From the IMG/VR virus record IMGVR_UViG_3300031519_000013, positions 20,032-84,031 of that record: a DNA stretch of 64,000 nt. The stretch is one strand, 5' to 3'. This stretch comes from a virus. Taxonomy: Duplodnaviria > Caudoviricetes. Below, piece by piece: positions 46,554-56,655 of the stretch. How positions within the stretch are numbered: position 1 is the first letter of the stretch; each line of letters opens with the position of its first letter. The notes under the pieces were generated by a model, which worked only from the letters and a program-made list of their open reading frames with translations, was not told where the DNA came from and made no database searches. The translations under genes and the position numbers were made by a program.

Positions 46554-47240
46554 ATGATTATGACAGAACAAGAATTGTTAAATCAAGAGAAAAGATGTGC
46601 GGGAACTGCATGGACTCGTAATGAATCTTTTGATAAGAATGGATATTTAGTGTTAAAAAATCTTTGGAGAGCAGAGGAATTATATCGACCTGTGCCAGAG
46701 GTTAGAGGACAAATAAACTACTGGGGTAGGAACCTGGATCAGTACAATTTAATTTCAGATGAAGAACAAGTTGATGGATCTCTGGCAACTTATACTCATC
46801 CACAATATAGAGAAATTCATTGTGGGATTAGAAAGAGATTAGAATCAGTGATTGGTCGCGAACTGTATAACACATATTACTACGATCGTTTTTATTTTGC
46901 TGGCCAAGAATTAACGAAACATGCTGATCGAGACGCATGTGAAATTTCTGTGAGTGTTCACATTAGCAGTAACATTGATGAGTGTTGGCCATTTAAAATC
47001 AAATCAGTTCAGGGTATAGAATCCTCCTTATGTTTGAGATCTGGTGATGGTCTCCTATATAAGGGGTGCGAGCGCCCTCATTGGAGAGATCCACTTCAAT
47101 CTCGATATAAACGTAAACGTGATCGATTGAAGAATTGGATTACTAGAAAACAAGATGACACATATTACCATCAGGTTTTCTTCCATTATGTTTTAGCGGA
47201 TGGTCAACGTGCTCAGTGTTATAACGACGCCGCTCGATAA
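46554..47240 (+). CDS. 2OG-Fe(II) oxygenase-like protein
   Basis: KHADRDACEISVSV, GDGLLYKG, HWR, QVFFHYV. Confidence 0.8.
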   Translation: MIMTEQELLNQEKRCAGTAWTRNESFDKNGYLVLKNLWRAEELYRPVPEVRGQINYWGRNLDQYNLISDEEQVDGSLATYTHPQYREIHCGIRKRLESVIGRELYNTYYYDRFYFAGQELTKHADRDACEISVSVHISSNIDECWPFKIKSVQGIESSLCLRSGDGLLYKGCERPHWRDPLQSRYKRKRDRLKNWITRKQDDTYYHQVFFHYVLADGQRAQCYNDAAR

Positions 47241-47262
47241 ATAACTAAAAAATCATCATAAA

Positions 47263-48369
47263 ATGGGTTACCTAGGGCAAGAGACTTCCTTAACAGGAAC
47301 TCAAAATTATAAAAAGATCTCAGTAGTTGCCACTGCTGGTCAAAAGAACTTTATTGTTCCAGGTGGTTATAGTATTAACGCCGTTGATGTTTATCGAAAC
47401 GGTATCAAATTAGTTGGTCAGAGAGACTTTGTTGCACTAGATGCTGTTACTGTCACTTTGACCCAAGCAGCAAGTGTAAATGATATTCTCGAATTTAGTA
47501 TTTTTGAAAATTTTCAGAGAGAGGATGTCATCTCTGGTGATGGTGATTCTACAATTAATGGTAATCTTCAAGTCTCCGGTGACCTAGGTATAACAGGAAC
47601 TCTGAATGCTTCTGTTAGTAATACTTTAACAGCTGGTATTGCTACCGAAGCAGTTCGTGCTGGTATGTCTACTGAGGCAACCAGCGCAGGTATTGCTACC
47701 TTTGCAACAACAGCAGGTATTGCTACCTTTGCAACAACAGCAGGTATTGCTACCTTTGCAACAACAGCAGGCATTGCTACGCAGTTATCCGGATATCTTG
47801 GGGTGGGTGTTACTGGCGCTAACTTAAATGTAACTGGTGTCATCACAGCAACCTCATTTAGTGGTAATGGATCTGCACTTACAGGTATCGCAGCTACTGA
47901 TAACGTAAATACCAGCACTCTTGTTGTTGCTGGAATATCAACATTTAGTTCAGGAATTTCAGTATCTGGTGTTGTTACAGCCACTTCATTCAGTGGTAGT
48001 GGAGCAAATCTATCCGGTGTTGGCACTCAGGGATCTGTATTAGTTGCTGATACAGCATCTGTTACTGGCGTATCAACATTTGCTAATGTAATTGTTGGTC
48101 AAGCAACAACTCAATTTGTTGTTAATGGTGATGCAAGAATTACTGGTGTCACTACCTTCGGAACTGATTCGATTACCATCAATCCATCTGGAAACGTGAT
48201 GAATGTCGGTGCAGGAATCACCATCCATGGATACGGCGGACTTGCAGTCTCAGGTATTCTCACTGCTAATGGTGTTACCGTTGGTCAAAATGCCATCGGT
48301 GCAAGAACTGTTCAATCCGGTGGATCACCTTCTGGTGGTGCTGACGGAGATATATACTACATCTACTAA
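47263..48369 (+). CDS. Tail fibre protein
   Basis: VDVYRNGIKL module, TATSFSG repeats, ends GGSPSGGADGDIYYIY. Confidence 0.8.
   Translation: MGYLGQETSLTGTQNYKKISVVATAGQKNFIVPGGYSINAVDVYRNGIKLVGQRDFVALDAVTVTLTQAASVNDILEFSIFENFQREDVISGDGDSTINGNLQVSGDLGITGTLNASVSNTLTAGIATEAVRAGMSTEATSAGIATFATTAGIATFATTAGIATFATTAGIATQLSGYLGVGVTGANLNVTGVITATSFSGNGSALTGIAATDNVNTSTLVVAGISTFSSGISVSGVVTATSFSGSGANLSGVGTQGSVLVADTASVTGVSTFANVIVGQATTQFVVNGDARITGVTTFGTDSITINPSGNVMNVGAGITIHGYGGLAVSGILTANGVTVGQNAIGARTVQSGGSPSGGADGDIYYIY
47686..47780 (+). repeat. 27-nt in-frame tandem repeat (AGIATFATT), 3 perfect copies plus a partial
   Basis: GCAGGTATTGCTACCTTTGCAACAACA at 47686, 47713, 47740. Confidence 0.95.
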
Positions 48370-48381
48370 GGAAATTAACGC

Positions 48382-49089
48382 ATGACTGCTGGAAGTTGGG
48401 TAGAAAATACCGATAAGAGATATTGGTTCCCTGATACTATTCCCACTAAAACGGATGAGTGGAATATTGCTCAGGAGAGAAAAAGATATGTAACCAATTA
48501 CGGCACAACCAGAACACATCCACGTTGGTTGTATGATAATGGTGCTTTTGTTGATGATGACTATCTTTATCACAATGAAGAGTGGCGATATGTCACTAAT
48601 TGGAATGATGTTCCAACATCTAACGATAGTGAGTTTTATATTAAAAATCCTATTGCAGAGTGGACAAAGAGTGAGGATGATAAGACATATACTATTACTT
48701 GGAAGACATATACTGTTCAAGAACCAACCATCTCTGATGAAGATACAGTACAATTAAAAGTTCAGAAAGAAGATACTGACTGGGTATATGATCATTCTGC
48801 TTTGACTGTAACCAAAGCATACGATATTACTCGTTATAACACTGATGATCTTAACACTGAGAAGTGGAATGTTCTGAGAGGGACACGTGATTTGTTGATG
48901 AAGAATACTGATTGGATTATCACTCAGGGCACAGAACGTGGAGTTGGTATCTCCACAGCAATGAAGTCATATCGTCAAACATTAAGAGATCTTCCTGGCA
49001 CGATCTCTGACATCTCAGTATATACTAGGGCAGAGATCGCCACAAGAGATTTCTATCCCGAAGAACCTTCCGCACCTTATTTCTATTAA
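48382..49089 (+). CDS. Tail fibre assembly chaperone-like protein
   Basis: C-terminal W..LR..RD.L...TDW...YRQ.LRDLP. Confidence 0.75.
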   Translation: MTAGSWVENTDKRYWFPDTIPTKTDEWNIAQERKRYVTNYGTTRTHPRWLYDNGAFVDDDYLYHNEEWRYVTNWNDVPTSNDSEFYIKNPIAEWTKSEDDKTYTITWKTYTVQEPTISDEDTVQLKVQKEDTDWVYDHSALTVTKAYDITRYNTDDLNTEKWNVLRGTRDLLMKNTDWIITQGTERGVGISTAMKSYRQTLRDLPGTISDISVYTRAEIATRDFYPEEPSAPYFY

Positions 49090-49091
49090 TT

Positions 49092-49967
49092 ATGGCAGAT
49101 ACCGCAGTTAAAGATGGTGGAAGTTGGAGAACATCTTCCGAAGTCCACATTAAAGATGGTGGAACATGGAGAAGTTCTTCAACTATTCACATTAAAGATG
49201 GTGGAACATGGAGAGAAGTATTTTCATCAGGAACTCCTGGTGTATTCTCTGTTCCAGCTGGTGTTTCTGGACCTGGTGAACTTGATTTCAATTCAACCGC
49301 TTATAACCAGCAAGGAGCAACTCAGTTCAATATGACTGCTATTGGTGACTTTACCAACCTCAGAATTAGAGCATGGGGTGGTGGTGGACAGCAATCTCCT
49401 CAATATCCACAAGCAGCTGCTGGTGGTTTTGGTGGTGGATATATTTCTGGATCTGCTGGTGATGTTCTCACAGTAGCAACAAACTTTGGTGTTGTTGGTC
49501 CATCACCTGGTGGTGGTGCATATGGCATTTTTGTAAGCTCTAAATCACAACCAAATGCTAGAATCGTTGCTGGTGGTGGTGGTGCAACTGACTCAGATGA
49601 TGGTAGTAGAGGTCAGGTAGCAGGTGCTGGTGGTGGTACATCAGGACAACCTGGAAGTGGTTATCAAAGCACCAGTGGAGGTGGTCCTGGATATACATCT
49701 TGGCCTCTTCAAGGTGGTCCTGGCGCAGGATATGGTGGTGGTTCTGGCGGAGGTTCTGGATATTGGGGAGGTCAAGGTGGACCCGATATTTGTTGTCTTG
49801 CTGCAACAGGTGGTGGTGGTGGAAGCACATATATTCATCCATCAGTAGGAACACCACAAAATCAAGGTGGTAATAGAACATCTGTTGCTAATGCTCCTGA
49901 TCCGATAAGAGGTAGTGCTGGTAATGTCGGCACCCAGGGTAGAATGTATATTAACGGACCTGCATGA
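49092..49967 (+). CDS. Glycine-rich adhesin with three N-terminal KDGGxWR repeats
   Basis: VKDGGSWR / IKDGGTWR x2; RAWGGGG, VAGGGG, GGSGYWGG. Confidence 0.75.
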   Translation: MADTAVKDGGSWRTSSEVHIKDGGTWRSSSTIHIKDGGTWREVFSSGTPGVFSVPAGVSGPGELDFNSTAYNQQGATQFNMTAIGDFTNLRIRAWGGGGQQSPQYPQAAAGGFGGGYISGSAGDVLTVATNFGVVGPSPGGGAYGIFVSSKSQPNARIVAGGGGATDSDDGSRGQVAGAGGGTSGQPGSGYQSTSGGGPGYTSWPLQGGPGAGYGGGSGGGSGYWGGQGGPDICCLAATGGGGGSTYIHPSVGTPQNQGGNRTSVANAPDPIRGSAGNVGTQGRMYINGPA

Positions 49968-50503
49968 TTTTTGAAAAACATAATGCACTTTCACAAGTAG
50001 ATTGTGAAAATTTGATTAGATTATTTGAAAGACATAAAGCATATCATCATCAGGGTCAGACAATTGGGGGGTTAAATCCATCTGTAAAAGATTGTACAGA
50101 GGTCTTATTCACCCCAGAATACTATCAAATGAATCCTCTTCTTGAAGCAGTGCAGGAGGGTTTAGTTGAGTACGAAAAGAGATATCCTTTTTTAAAGACT
50201 ATGAGTAGATATGGACAGGTTGAAAATATTTCATTTAAACGCTATAATGCTAATCAGGCATATCATGGATTGCATTGTGAGAGGTCATCTCTCAAAACAT
50301 GTGCTAGAATGTTGGTGTGGATGTTTTACTTGAACACAGTTCAAGATGGTGGAGAAACTTTCTTTGCTCATCAAGATCAAAAGATAACAGCAAGACAGGG
50401 AAAACTTGTTATCTGGCCCTCAGACTGGACACATGCACACAAAGGACTAGTCTCACCTACTGAGACCAAATATATTACTTCTAGTTGGTTAAGTTTCTTA
50501 TGA
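49964..50503 (+). CDS. Prolyl-4-hydroxylase-like 2OG-Fe(II) oxygenase
   Basis: LHCE, VWMFYLNTVQDGGET, IWPSDWTHAHKG, KYITSSW. Confidence 0.85.
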   Translation: MIFEKHNALSQVDCENLIRLFERHKAYHHQGQTIGGLNPSVKDCTEVLFTPEYYQMNPLLEAVQEGLVEYEKRYPFLKTMSRYGQVENISFKRYNANQAYHGLHCERSSLKTCARMLVWMFYLNTVQDGGETFFAHQDQKITARQGKLVIWPSDWTHAHKGLVSPTETKYITSSWLSFL

Positions 50504-51009
50504 TTACTGTTATTGACAATATATTAAGTAGTAAGGAGAATCAAAATCTTTATGACTTCGTGAGTAGTGATGATTTTGTTTGGCATAAGAGTGATGACTA
50601 TAAGAAACAAAAAGTTAAGAGGATGTCTTTTGGCAATTTAATTAGACAACCTAAACTTAAAGACATCATGGATGAAGATCCCATGATTAGTTTTTTGACT
50701 CGGAGAGTGAAGGAAAGAAGAATTCCAGATACAGTAAATTTGTATAAGGTTACTGTTAATTGTATTAAACCACATGAACACTTTGAATATCATACTGATG
50801 AATGGGGTAGCACAGTGATATTTTATATCAATCCAATATGGAAATGGCACTGGGGTTCTGGAACTACGTTTAAGGGTGGTAGAACTGTGAGACCAAAACC
50901 TGGTAGAGCTGTTATTTTTAATGGGAAATTACCACATAAAATTCTGCCACCAACACCATTCATGAATGATTTCGGTAGATTGTCAATCGCATTACAATAT
51001 AATCCATGA
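50500..51009 (+). CDS. 2OG-Fe(II) oxygenase-like protein
   Basis: YHTD, VIFYINP.W...WGSGT, PGRAVIFNG..PH, RLSIA. Confidence 0.8.
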   Translation: MITVIDNILSSKENQNLYDFVSSDDFVWHKSDDYKKQKVKRMSFGNLIRQPKLKDIMDEDPMISFLTRRVKERRIPDTVNLYKVTVNCIKPHEHFEYHTDEWGSTVIFYINPIWKWHWGSGTTFKGGRTVRPKPGRAVIFNGKLPHKILPPTPFMNDFGRLSIALQYNP

Positions 51010-51575
51010 CTTTTATTGAGGATGAATTTGGTATACCGACTGATGTACTAGAAGAGATTAATCATCATGTATTAGAAAACGCAGATTTTCCTCTATATTA
51101 TCGTCATTCATATACCACTGAACAATATCCATATTTCAGTCATACATTGATGCCCAGAGAGGAACTTGATGGTGTCAGGAAATCTGTATTCTTTGATTTT
51201 TTCAATGATATATTACTAAATTTTTGTTATAAGTATCAAATAAGTGTAGAACGTGTGACAAGAGCATGTGTGAACTCTACTATTCATCATGACACTGTAT
51301 TCTCTGAACCACATGTTGATTACACTGAGGATCATAAAGTTGTTATAATGTACCTGAACGACTGTGATGGAGATACAATCATCTTTGATAAAAAATATAC
51401 TGATGGTCCAACACATTTAAGTGTTGAAGATGGGGAAAGTATGAGTGTGTTCAAAAGAGTCACACCAAAAGCAGGTAAGATACTATTGTTTGATGGGAAT
51501 AAATTTCACACAAATATATTTCCATCTCCTGGTAAGTTTAGATTTGTTTGTGTATTTACTTTCTTATGTTCTTAA
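51006..51575 (+). CDS. 2OG-Fe(II) oxygenase-like protein
   Basis: PHVD, IMYLNDCDGDT, PKAGKILLFDG..FH. Confidence 0.8.
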   Translation: MTFIEDEFGIPTDVLEEINHHVLENADFPLYYRHSYTTEQYPYFSHTLMPREELDGVRKSVFFDFFNDILLNFCYKYQISVERVTRACVNSTIHHDTVFSEPHVDYTEDHKVVIMYLNDCDGDTIIFDKKYTDGPTHLSVEDGESMSVFKRVTPKAGKILLFDGNKFHTNIFPSPGKFRFVCVFTFLCS

Positions 51576-52144
51576 CATTTCCATGTCCAATTCATACCAT
51601 ACATCTCGATATACCTAATATTGATGAGTTGGTTCAATATGCATACCAAGAGAGTAAAATAAGTGAGGGTGTGAAGAAATCAAATGCCGGTGGTTGGCAA
51701 TCCTTTGATGATTATCATGGTGTTGATAATCCTATCAGTAAAGTAATACATTCATATCTACAAGAATTTTTTAATAATAGAGAAATTTTTAATAAAAATT
51801 CGACTATGAAGATGAATAGTATGTGGATTAATATTAACAACCCAGGAAATTATAACCACTCTCATAATCATCCTGGATGTGATTTATCTGGTGTCTTATG
51901 GTTGAAGGTTCCGAAAGATAGTGGTAATATTGTTTTTGAATCTCCCAATAGTTTTACACAGGGTAAACTATTGGAAGCATACTCTCAGAAATTTAAAGAA
52001 GAACACACGTTGTATGACTGGTTCTTCATGCAACCACAAGTAGGTCTTTTGATATTATTTCCATCGCACTTAAATCACTCTGTAACTAAAAATGATTCCG
52101 ATGAAGATAGAATTTCAGTTGCTTTTAATGTGAGTATCTCATGA
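51566..52144 (+). CDS. 2OG-Fe(II) oxygenase-like protein (TIGR02466-type)
   Basis: SNAGGWQS, WININ, HSHNHP, LSGVLW, FPSHLNHSV, RISVAFN. Confidence 0.85.
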   Translation: MFLTFPCPIHTIHLDIPNIDELVQYAYQESKISEGVKKSNAGGWQSFDDYHGVDNPISKVIHSYLQEFFNNREIFNKNSTMKMNSMWININNPGNYNHSHNHPGCDLSGVLWLKVPKDSGNIVFESPNSFTQGKLLEAYSQKFKEEHTLYDWFFMQPQVGLLILFPSHLNHSVTKNDSDEDRISVAFNVSIS

Positions 52145-52758
52145 GTGAAGTTATCCCTATTTTTTCCACTCCACTGTTAGTCAATCATCTTGAAGTATCG
52201 GATGATTTAAAAGATTATGTGAAAAGGATTGACTATGAACCGGTACATATTGGAAACGGTGATTGGTCGGCCGATAAGAATATTTTAAATTCAGAAAAAT
52301 TTATACAGATCAAAGAGCAGATACTCAACAGTGTGAGACAATTGTCTAAGGGAGTCTATCTTATAGATGATGATATAGAATTTGTTATTAGTTCATCTTG
52401 GGTCTTGCGACATTATCATGGACATCATACTGTGATGCATAATCATACAGGATCATTGTTTAGTGGTGTTCTTTACATCGATGCTGAGGATGGTTCAGGA
52501 GATATTATTTTCCATAACGATAAAGCAATGGGATCATCTCATTCATATCACCAAGTATCACTACCATTCAGACACTCAGAATATAATGCATTTAACACTC
52601 CACATTACACAGTTCCACCAAGAACTGGTATGTTGTTGACATTTAGTTCTGGTTTATCACACTCTGTCCGACCGAACATAGATATTACGGAGAGATATTC
52701 TCTATCATTTAATGTATTGCCAAAACAGATGGTTGATATTAAAGAGATTATCAGCTGA
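52141..52758 (+). CDS. 2OG-Fe(II) oxygenase-like protein (TIGR02466-type)
   Basis: MHNH, FSGVLY, F.S.L.HSV, RYSLSFN. Confidence 0.85.
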   Translation: MSEVIPIFSTPLLVNHLEVSDDLKDYVKRIDYEPVHIGNGDWSADKNILNSEKFIQIKEQILNSVRQLSKGVYLIDDDIEFVISSSWVLRHYHGHHTVMHNHTGSLFSGVLYIDAEDGSGDIIFHNDKAMGSSHSYHQVSLPFRHSEYNAFNTPHYTVPPRTGMLLTFSSGLSHSVRPNIDITERYSLSFNVLPKQMVDIKEIIS

Positions 52759-52785
52759 TAAATAATTAGAAAATTAGTGTCAGCA

Positions 52786-53724
52786 ATGGCGATAACAAGA
52801 GCAACTAATCTGGCAAATATTGGTTCGGGTATTGGCACCAATCCATCTCAACCAATTGACGTTGGCATAGGGATTACTATTGATGGTAATTCTGGTGTGA
52901 TTACAGCTACGTCAAGAGGTAATTTTGGCAATGTTACCATCGATGGAACTGGTATCGGGATTATCACTGCTAATACGTTTAGCGGAACAGCAATTAATGC
53001 TGGATCTGCTTCTGGATTAGGTATCGGGGCGACTGGTTATGCACTTGTTTTGAGTCAAGATTTGACCGCAAGACATGTTAATGCATCAGGTATCGTCACT
53101 GCAACAGATGCTAATTTTACTGGTAATGTTTCAATCGCTGGAACATTAACTTATGAAGATGTAACTAACATTGATTCTGTTGGTCTTATCACCGCAAGAG
53201 ATGGATTACAAGTTACTGGTGGAATTGCAACAGTTTCTGGTCAAACTAATCTAGCAAACGTTAATGTTTCTGCTGCATCCACATTTAGTGGAACATCCAC
53301 ATTTAGTGGAAAGATTAGTGCAAACTCTGGTGTAGGGTTCACTGGATTCCTGAGAGAAGGAGTCAATATTATTAGTGGTAAGTTGAGTGATAATACCACG
53401 ATCAATATTGATCACAGTATGGCACACTACTTCACCACTACTGAGTCAACAACTGGAATTCCAAACTTTACATCAACTGCTGGTATTAACACTGACCTCT
53501 CAGTTGGTCAAACATTCTCAGTCAATGTAATCACAACTGCTGCCGCTGCTGGTTACTCTACTGGTGCTAGAATTGATGCTGGTGCCACACTCCCTGTTCT
53601 TTGGAATGGTGGATCTGATCCATCGGAGGGTGGATCTGCTGGTGTAGATCTATATACATACCAAGTCATCAAAACTGGTAGTGCTGCCTTCACCGTTTTA
53701 GGTAACGTTTCTAACTTCGCTTGA
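52786..53724 (+). CDS. Tail fibre protein
   Basis: TLTYEDVTNIDSVGLITARDG; C-terminal WNGG..P...DLYTYQVIKTG...VLGNVSNFA. Confidence 0.85.
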   Translation: MAITRATNLANIGSGIGTNPSQPIDVGIGITIDGNSGVITATSRGNFGNVTIDGTGIGIITANTFSGTAINAGSASGLGIGATGYALVLSQDLTARHVNASGIVTATDANFTGNVSIAGTLTYEDVTNIDSVGLITARDGLQVTGGIATVSGQTNLANVNVSAASTFSGTSTFSGKISANSGVGFTGFLREGVNIISGKLSDNTTINIDHSMAHYFTTTESTTGIPNFTSTAGINTDLSVGQTFSVNVITTAAAAGYSTGARIDAGATLPVLWNGGSDPSEGGSAGVDLYTYQVIKTGSAAFTVLGNVSNFA

Positions 53725-53728
53725 TACC

Positions 53729-54208
53729 ATGTTTAACTGGAATATAAAAGAAGCACCAATTCTCTCTCTATTCGGCATGGGTGGTGGAGTTGGAAGTAAC
53801 TTAGGTAGGAGTGCAGGTTTTGCTCCCATTGATCCCAGTAGTCAAACTTGGTCTTCGCTGTTTACAGTAGCTTCTGGAACTTTTGATCAATCACCAGCTT
53901 TGGCATTTAATGGATTAATCCAAGGTGATCCAAACAGATTAAGAACCAGTGCTAACGCAGTATTGGTTACAATGACTCTTTCTACACCAGTAACTGTTCA
54001 ACAAGTTAAAGTTTATGCACAAACTTCATATGATTCAACTTGTACTGTAACAATTGGTGGTGTTACATACACTTCATCTTCTGGTTCAATTCATACTTTT
54101 GATGTATCTGGAAGTTTCACCCGGATGACATTGGTAACCAGCACTGGTAGTGGTAGAACTTATATGGAGGGTATGGAGATTAATGGGTATCTGCTTGTGA
54201 ATCCTTAA
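53729..54208 (+). CDS. Tail fibre-associated protein
   Basis: KEAPILSLFGMGGG N-terminus; beta-rich. Confidence 0.65.
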   Translation: MFNWNIKEAPILSLFGMGGGVGSNLGRSAGFAPIDPSSQTWSSLFTVASGTFDQSPALAFNGLIQGDPNRLRTSANAVLVTMTLSTPVTVQQVKVYAQTSYDSTCTVTIGGVTYTSSSGSIHTFDVSGSFTRMTLVTSTGSGRTYMEGMEINGYLLVNP

Positions 54209-54222
54209 CTGAAAGTATCTTC

Positions 54223-54251
54223 TTGACATTCCAACTGAACTGATATATAAT
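54223..54251 (+). promoter_or_regulatory. Consensus sigma70 promoter heading the sugar cassette
   Basis: TTGACA 54223-54228, 17 bp, TATAAT 54246-54251. Confidence 0.85.
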
Positions 54252-54273
54252 ACACATATAATTGTTGGTGAAT

Positions 54274-54633
54274 ATGAAGACGCTGTGCAACGAGTTACAA
54301 GAGAGCGTATATCTTTTTCCAGACTTTATTCCCATTCGTTTTGATGACGACATGGGACAGTGGTGGATTAAAGATGAGATGATTTCTGAGTTGCCACATT
54401 ATTATGTGTTGCACGAAAATGTAGAAGAGCCAAAGAATTGGTATCAGAAAAAATATAGGTTTAATCCAGAGGATGGGTGGCGTTTCAATCCTGATTGGGA
54501 CGGTGAAGATATGAAGTTGCAGAAGAATTTGAATAGAAAATTGAATAAGATGTTGAAGGTATTCTATCGTAAGAAGATCTTAACGAAGAAAGAGATGCTT
54601 GACCTGTTCAACACAGACGAAAAGACATTATGA
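54274..54633 (+). CDS. Hypothetical protein
   Basis: HENVEEPKNWYQKKYRF...WRFNPDW; ATGA overlap downstream. Confidence 0.65.
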   Translation: MKTLCNELQESVYLFPDFIPIRFDDDMGQWWIKDEMISELPHYYVLHENVEEPKNWYQKKYRFNPEDGWRFNPDWDGEDMKLQKNLNRKLNKMLKVFYRKKILTKKEMLDLFNTDEKTL

Positions 54634-55625
54634 GTCGTTTTGGAACGAAAGAGATTCTTAATTATTGGGCAGGAACAGATCAATATCTAGATTATAATTT
54701 TATTCCTGGTGTCCAGACAGAAACAATGGGGCGGCAGGAATTTTATGCTGACTTTATGTGTTCTACTGTGTACGCATGGAGTGAATATCTTCCTGATAAA
54801 CTTGTTAAGCATGATAAGTATGTTCATCTAGGTGCATGTCCATTCCTGTACGCTGATGCACTTGTGCCAAGACAAGAAAGACAGGGAACATGTATCTTTC
54901 TACCTAAGATTGATGTTGCAACCGGTGTTGATTTTAATCAGGTAAATTATGATGCTCTTAGAACATTAGTAGAAAATGCACCTAGACCTGTTGTTGCAAT
55001 GGCACCGGCAGAACAAAAACAAGAATGGTATCATGCTTTTGCATATGAGGGGTTGAAAAACTTACATATCATGAGTATTTTTGATGATCCTGGTGTAGAA
55101 GAATGGCAATTGGGTCTTGCTGTTGCAATGGGAAAATTTCAGGCATTTTACTTTCCAATGTTTACATCTGCGACCATGTACGCATATTATAGTGGTGCTC
55201 ATGTTCGTTACTATGACGCAGGGAATATTTACTATGAAACAGGAACGAGTTCAGTCAATAGCTACGCTAAGTTAGAAGATATTCATACTAAATTTGAAAA
55301 TTTGTGGATAGACAGGTGTGATGATCGTAATATCATTATGAGTATGATTAAGTTATTCCTGTGTCCACATAAAAGACAGACACCTGACGAATTATTAGAA
55401 TCATTGTATATGCTTAATTTCAGATCAAATATAATGACTGAAAAACATGGTAGACATTGGGATGATTGGTTTTATGGCAACTCTACTGGAACTATTATAC
55501 CTGCTGCTGTGCCATTAGAGTTGTATTCCAAAGATAAAGCACTAGATAAATTGAATGCAAAATGCAAAATCTATGATACAATGGAGTATCATCCCGCTGT
55601 AAAGAAACTCATTACTGAACTATGA
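54630..55625 (+). CDS. Putative glycosyltransferase-like protein, paralog 2
   Basis: GACPFLY, IFLPKID, TSATMYAYYSGAHVRYYD; coupled to the KdsB-like gene. Confidence 0.45.
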   Translation: MSRFGTKEILNYWAGTDQYLDYNFIPGVQTETMGRQEFYADFMCSTVYAWSEYLPDKLVKHDKYVHLGACPFLYADALVPRQERQGTCIFLPKIDVATGVDFNQVNYDALRTLVENAPRPVVAMAPAEQKQEWYHAFAYEGLKNLHIMSIFDDPGVEEWQLGLAVAMGKFQAFYFPMFTSATMYAYYSGAHVRYYDAGNIYYETGTSSVNSYAKLEDIHTKFENLWIDRCDDRNIIMSMIKLFLCPHKRQTPDELLESLYMLNFRSNIMTEKHGRHWDDWFYGNSTGTIIPAAVPLELYSKDKALDKLNAKCKIYDTMEYHPAVKKLITEL

Positions 55626-56308
55626 TTACATGTATCATTCCTGCACGAATGAGTTCATCTCGATATCCAGGAAAACCACTTAGAAAGATTTTAGGACGAG
55701 AACTTGTCCTGCGTGTATGTGATATTGCCAAAGAATCACAGTTAATTGATAATATTGTGGTTGCAACAGAAGATTGGGAGATTCATAACTGCGTATTAGA
55801 AGCAGGTTATAACTCTATGATGACACCAAAATATAATTCCTGCACACATAGAGTAGCAAAAGCAGCGCAACATCTTGAAGCAGACTATTTTGTAAATTTA
55901 CAAGGTGATGAACCATGTATTTTGCCAGAGATGGTAGATGATATGATTGATTTCGCTGTAAAAGGTAAGCATAAGATGGTGCAAGCAGTTTATGATATGG
56001 AATTTGATGATATTGATAATATTGATGTAGTCAAAGCAGTGGTAAACAATGGTCACGTGATTAATTTGACACGTGTTCCTGAGGTCATGTGTGATAATCT
56101 CAAAGGAATGGCAGGTGTTTATGTGTATGATCGTCATACAATTACAAATTTCTTTGATTATGACTTAGGATTAGTAGAAGCATGGAAAGGTTTGGATACG
56201 TTTGCATTTATTGGCAAAGTTCCTGTTGTTCCATTTACACTACCATATCGCACACATGGTGTTGATAGACCCTCTGATGTTCCTGTTGTTGAGGCAAAGC
56301 TATCATGA
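55622..56308 (+). CDS. kdsB: KdsB-like acylneuraminate/KDO cytidylyltransferase
   Basis: IIPARMSSSRYPGKPL, VVATED, VNLQGDEP, GVDRPSD. Confidence 0.85.
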   Translation: MITCIIPARMSSSRYPGKPLRKILGRELVLRVCDIAKESQLIDNIVVATEDWEIHNCVLEAGYNSMMTPKYNSCTHRVAKAAQHLEADYFVNLQGDEPCILPEMVDDMIDFAVKGKHKMVQAVYDMEFDDIDNIDVVKAVVNNGHVINLTRVPEVMCDNLKGMAGVYVYDRHTITNFFDYDLGLVEAWKGLDTFAFIGKVPVVPFTLPYRTHGVDRPSDVPVVEAKLS

Positions 56309-56655
56309 GATATATTGTTGATATTGACGGCACAATCTGTGAGCATTTCAATGGTCCCAACTTTGGATCAGGTCAAGTATATTATAGTCGCATTAAAAAG
56401 ATAAACAAATTATATGATGAAGGTCATGAGATTGTGTATATGACTGCCAGAGGTATGGGTACAAAGAATAATCCAGAGGGAAACTTTGATGAGAAAGCAA
56501 TGAACCGTGCAAAACAAAAGTATGGTAGACTAACAGAAACTCAGTTGAAAGAGTGGGGATGTAAATATACCAAACTATTCCTAGGTAAATATTCAGGAGA
56601 TTTGTACATTGATGACAAGGCAATCCATAGCGATGATTTCTTCAACAATAATTGA
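56305..56655 (+). CDS. Minimal HAD-superfamily phosphatase
   Basis: DIDGT motif I, TAR motif II, GK...YIDDK motif IV. Confidence 0.85.
   Translation: MRYIVDIDGTICEHFNGPNFGSGQVYYSRIKKINKLYDEGHEIVYMTARGMGTKNNPEGNFDEKAMNRAKQKYGRLTETQLKEWGCKYTKLFLGKYSGDLYIDDKAIHSDDFFNNN

Noticed and set aside
47686-47780. CRISPR-like repeats
   Set aside because: Head-to-tail in-frame coding repeats with no spacers
35764-48026. Pro-rich minus-strand ORFs (e.g. 35764, 41598, 41979, 47568)
   Set aside because: Antisense shadows of GGT/GGC-rich glycine codons
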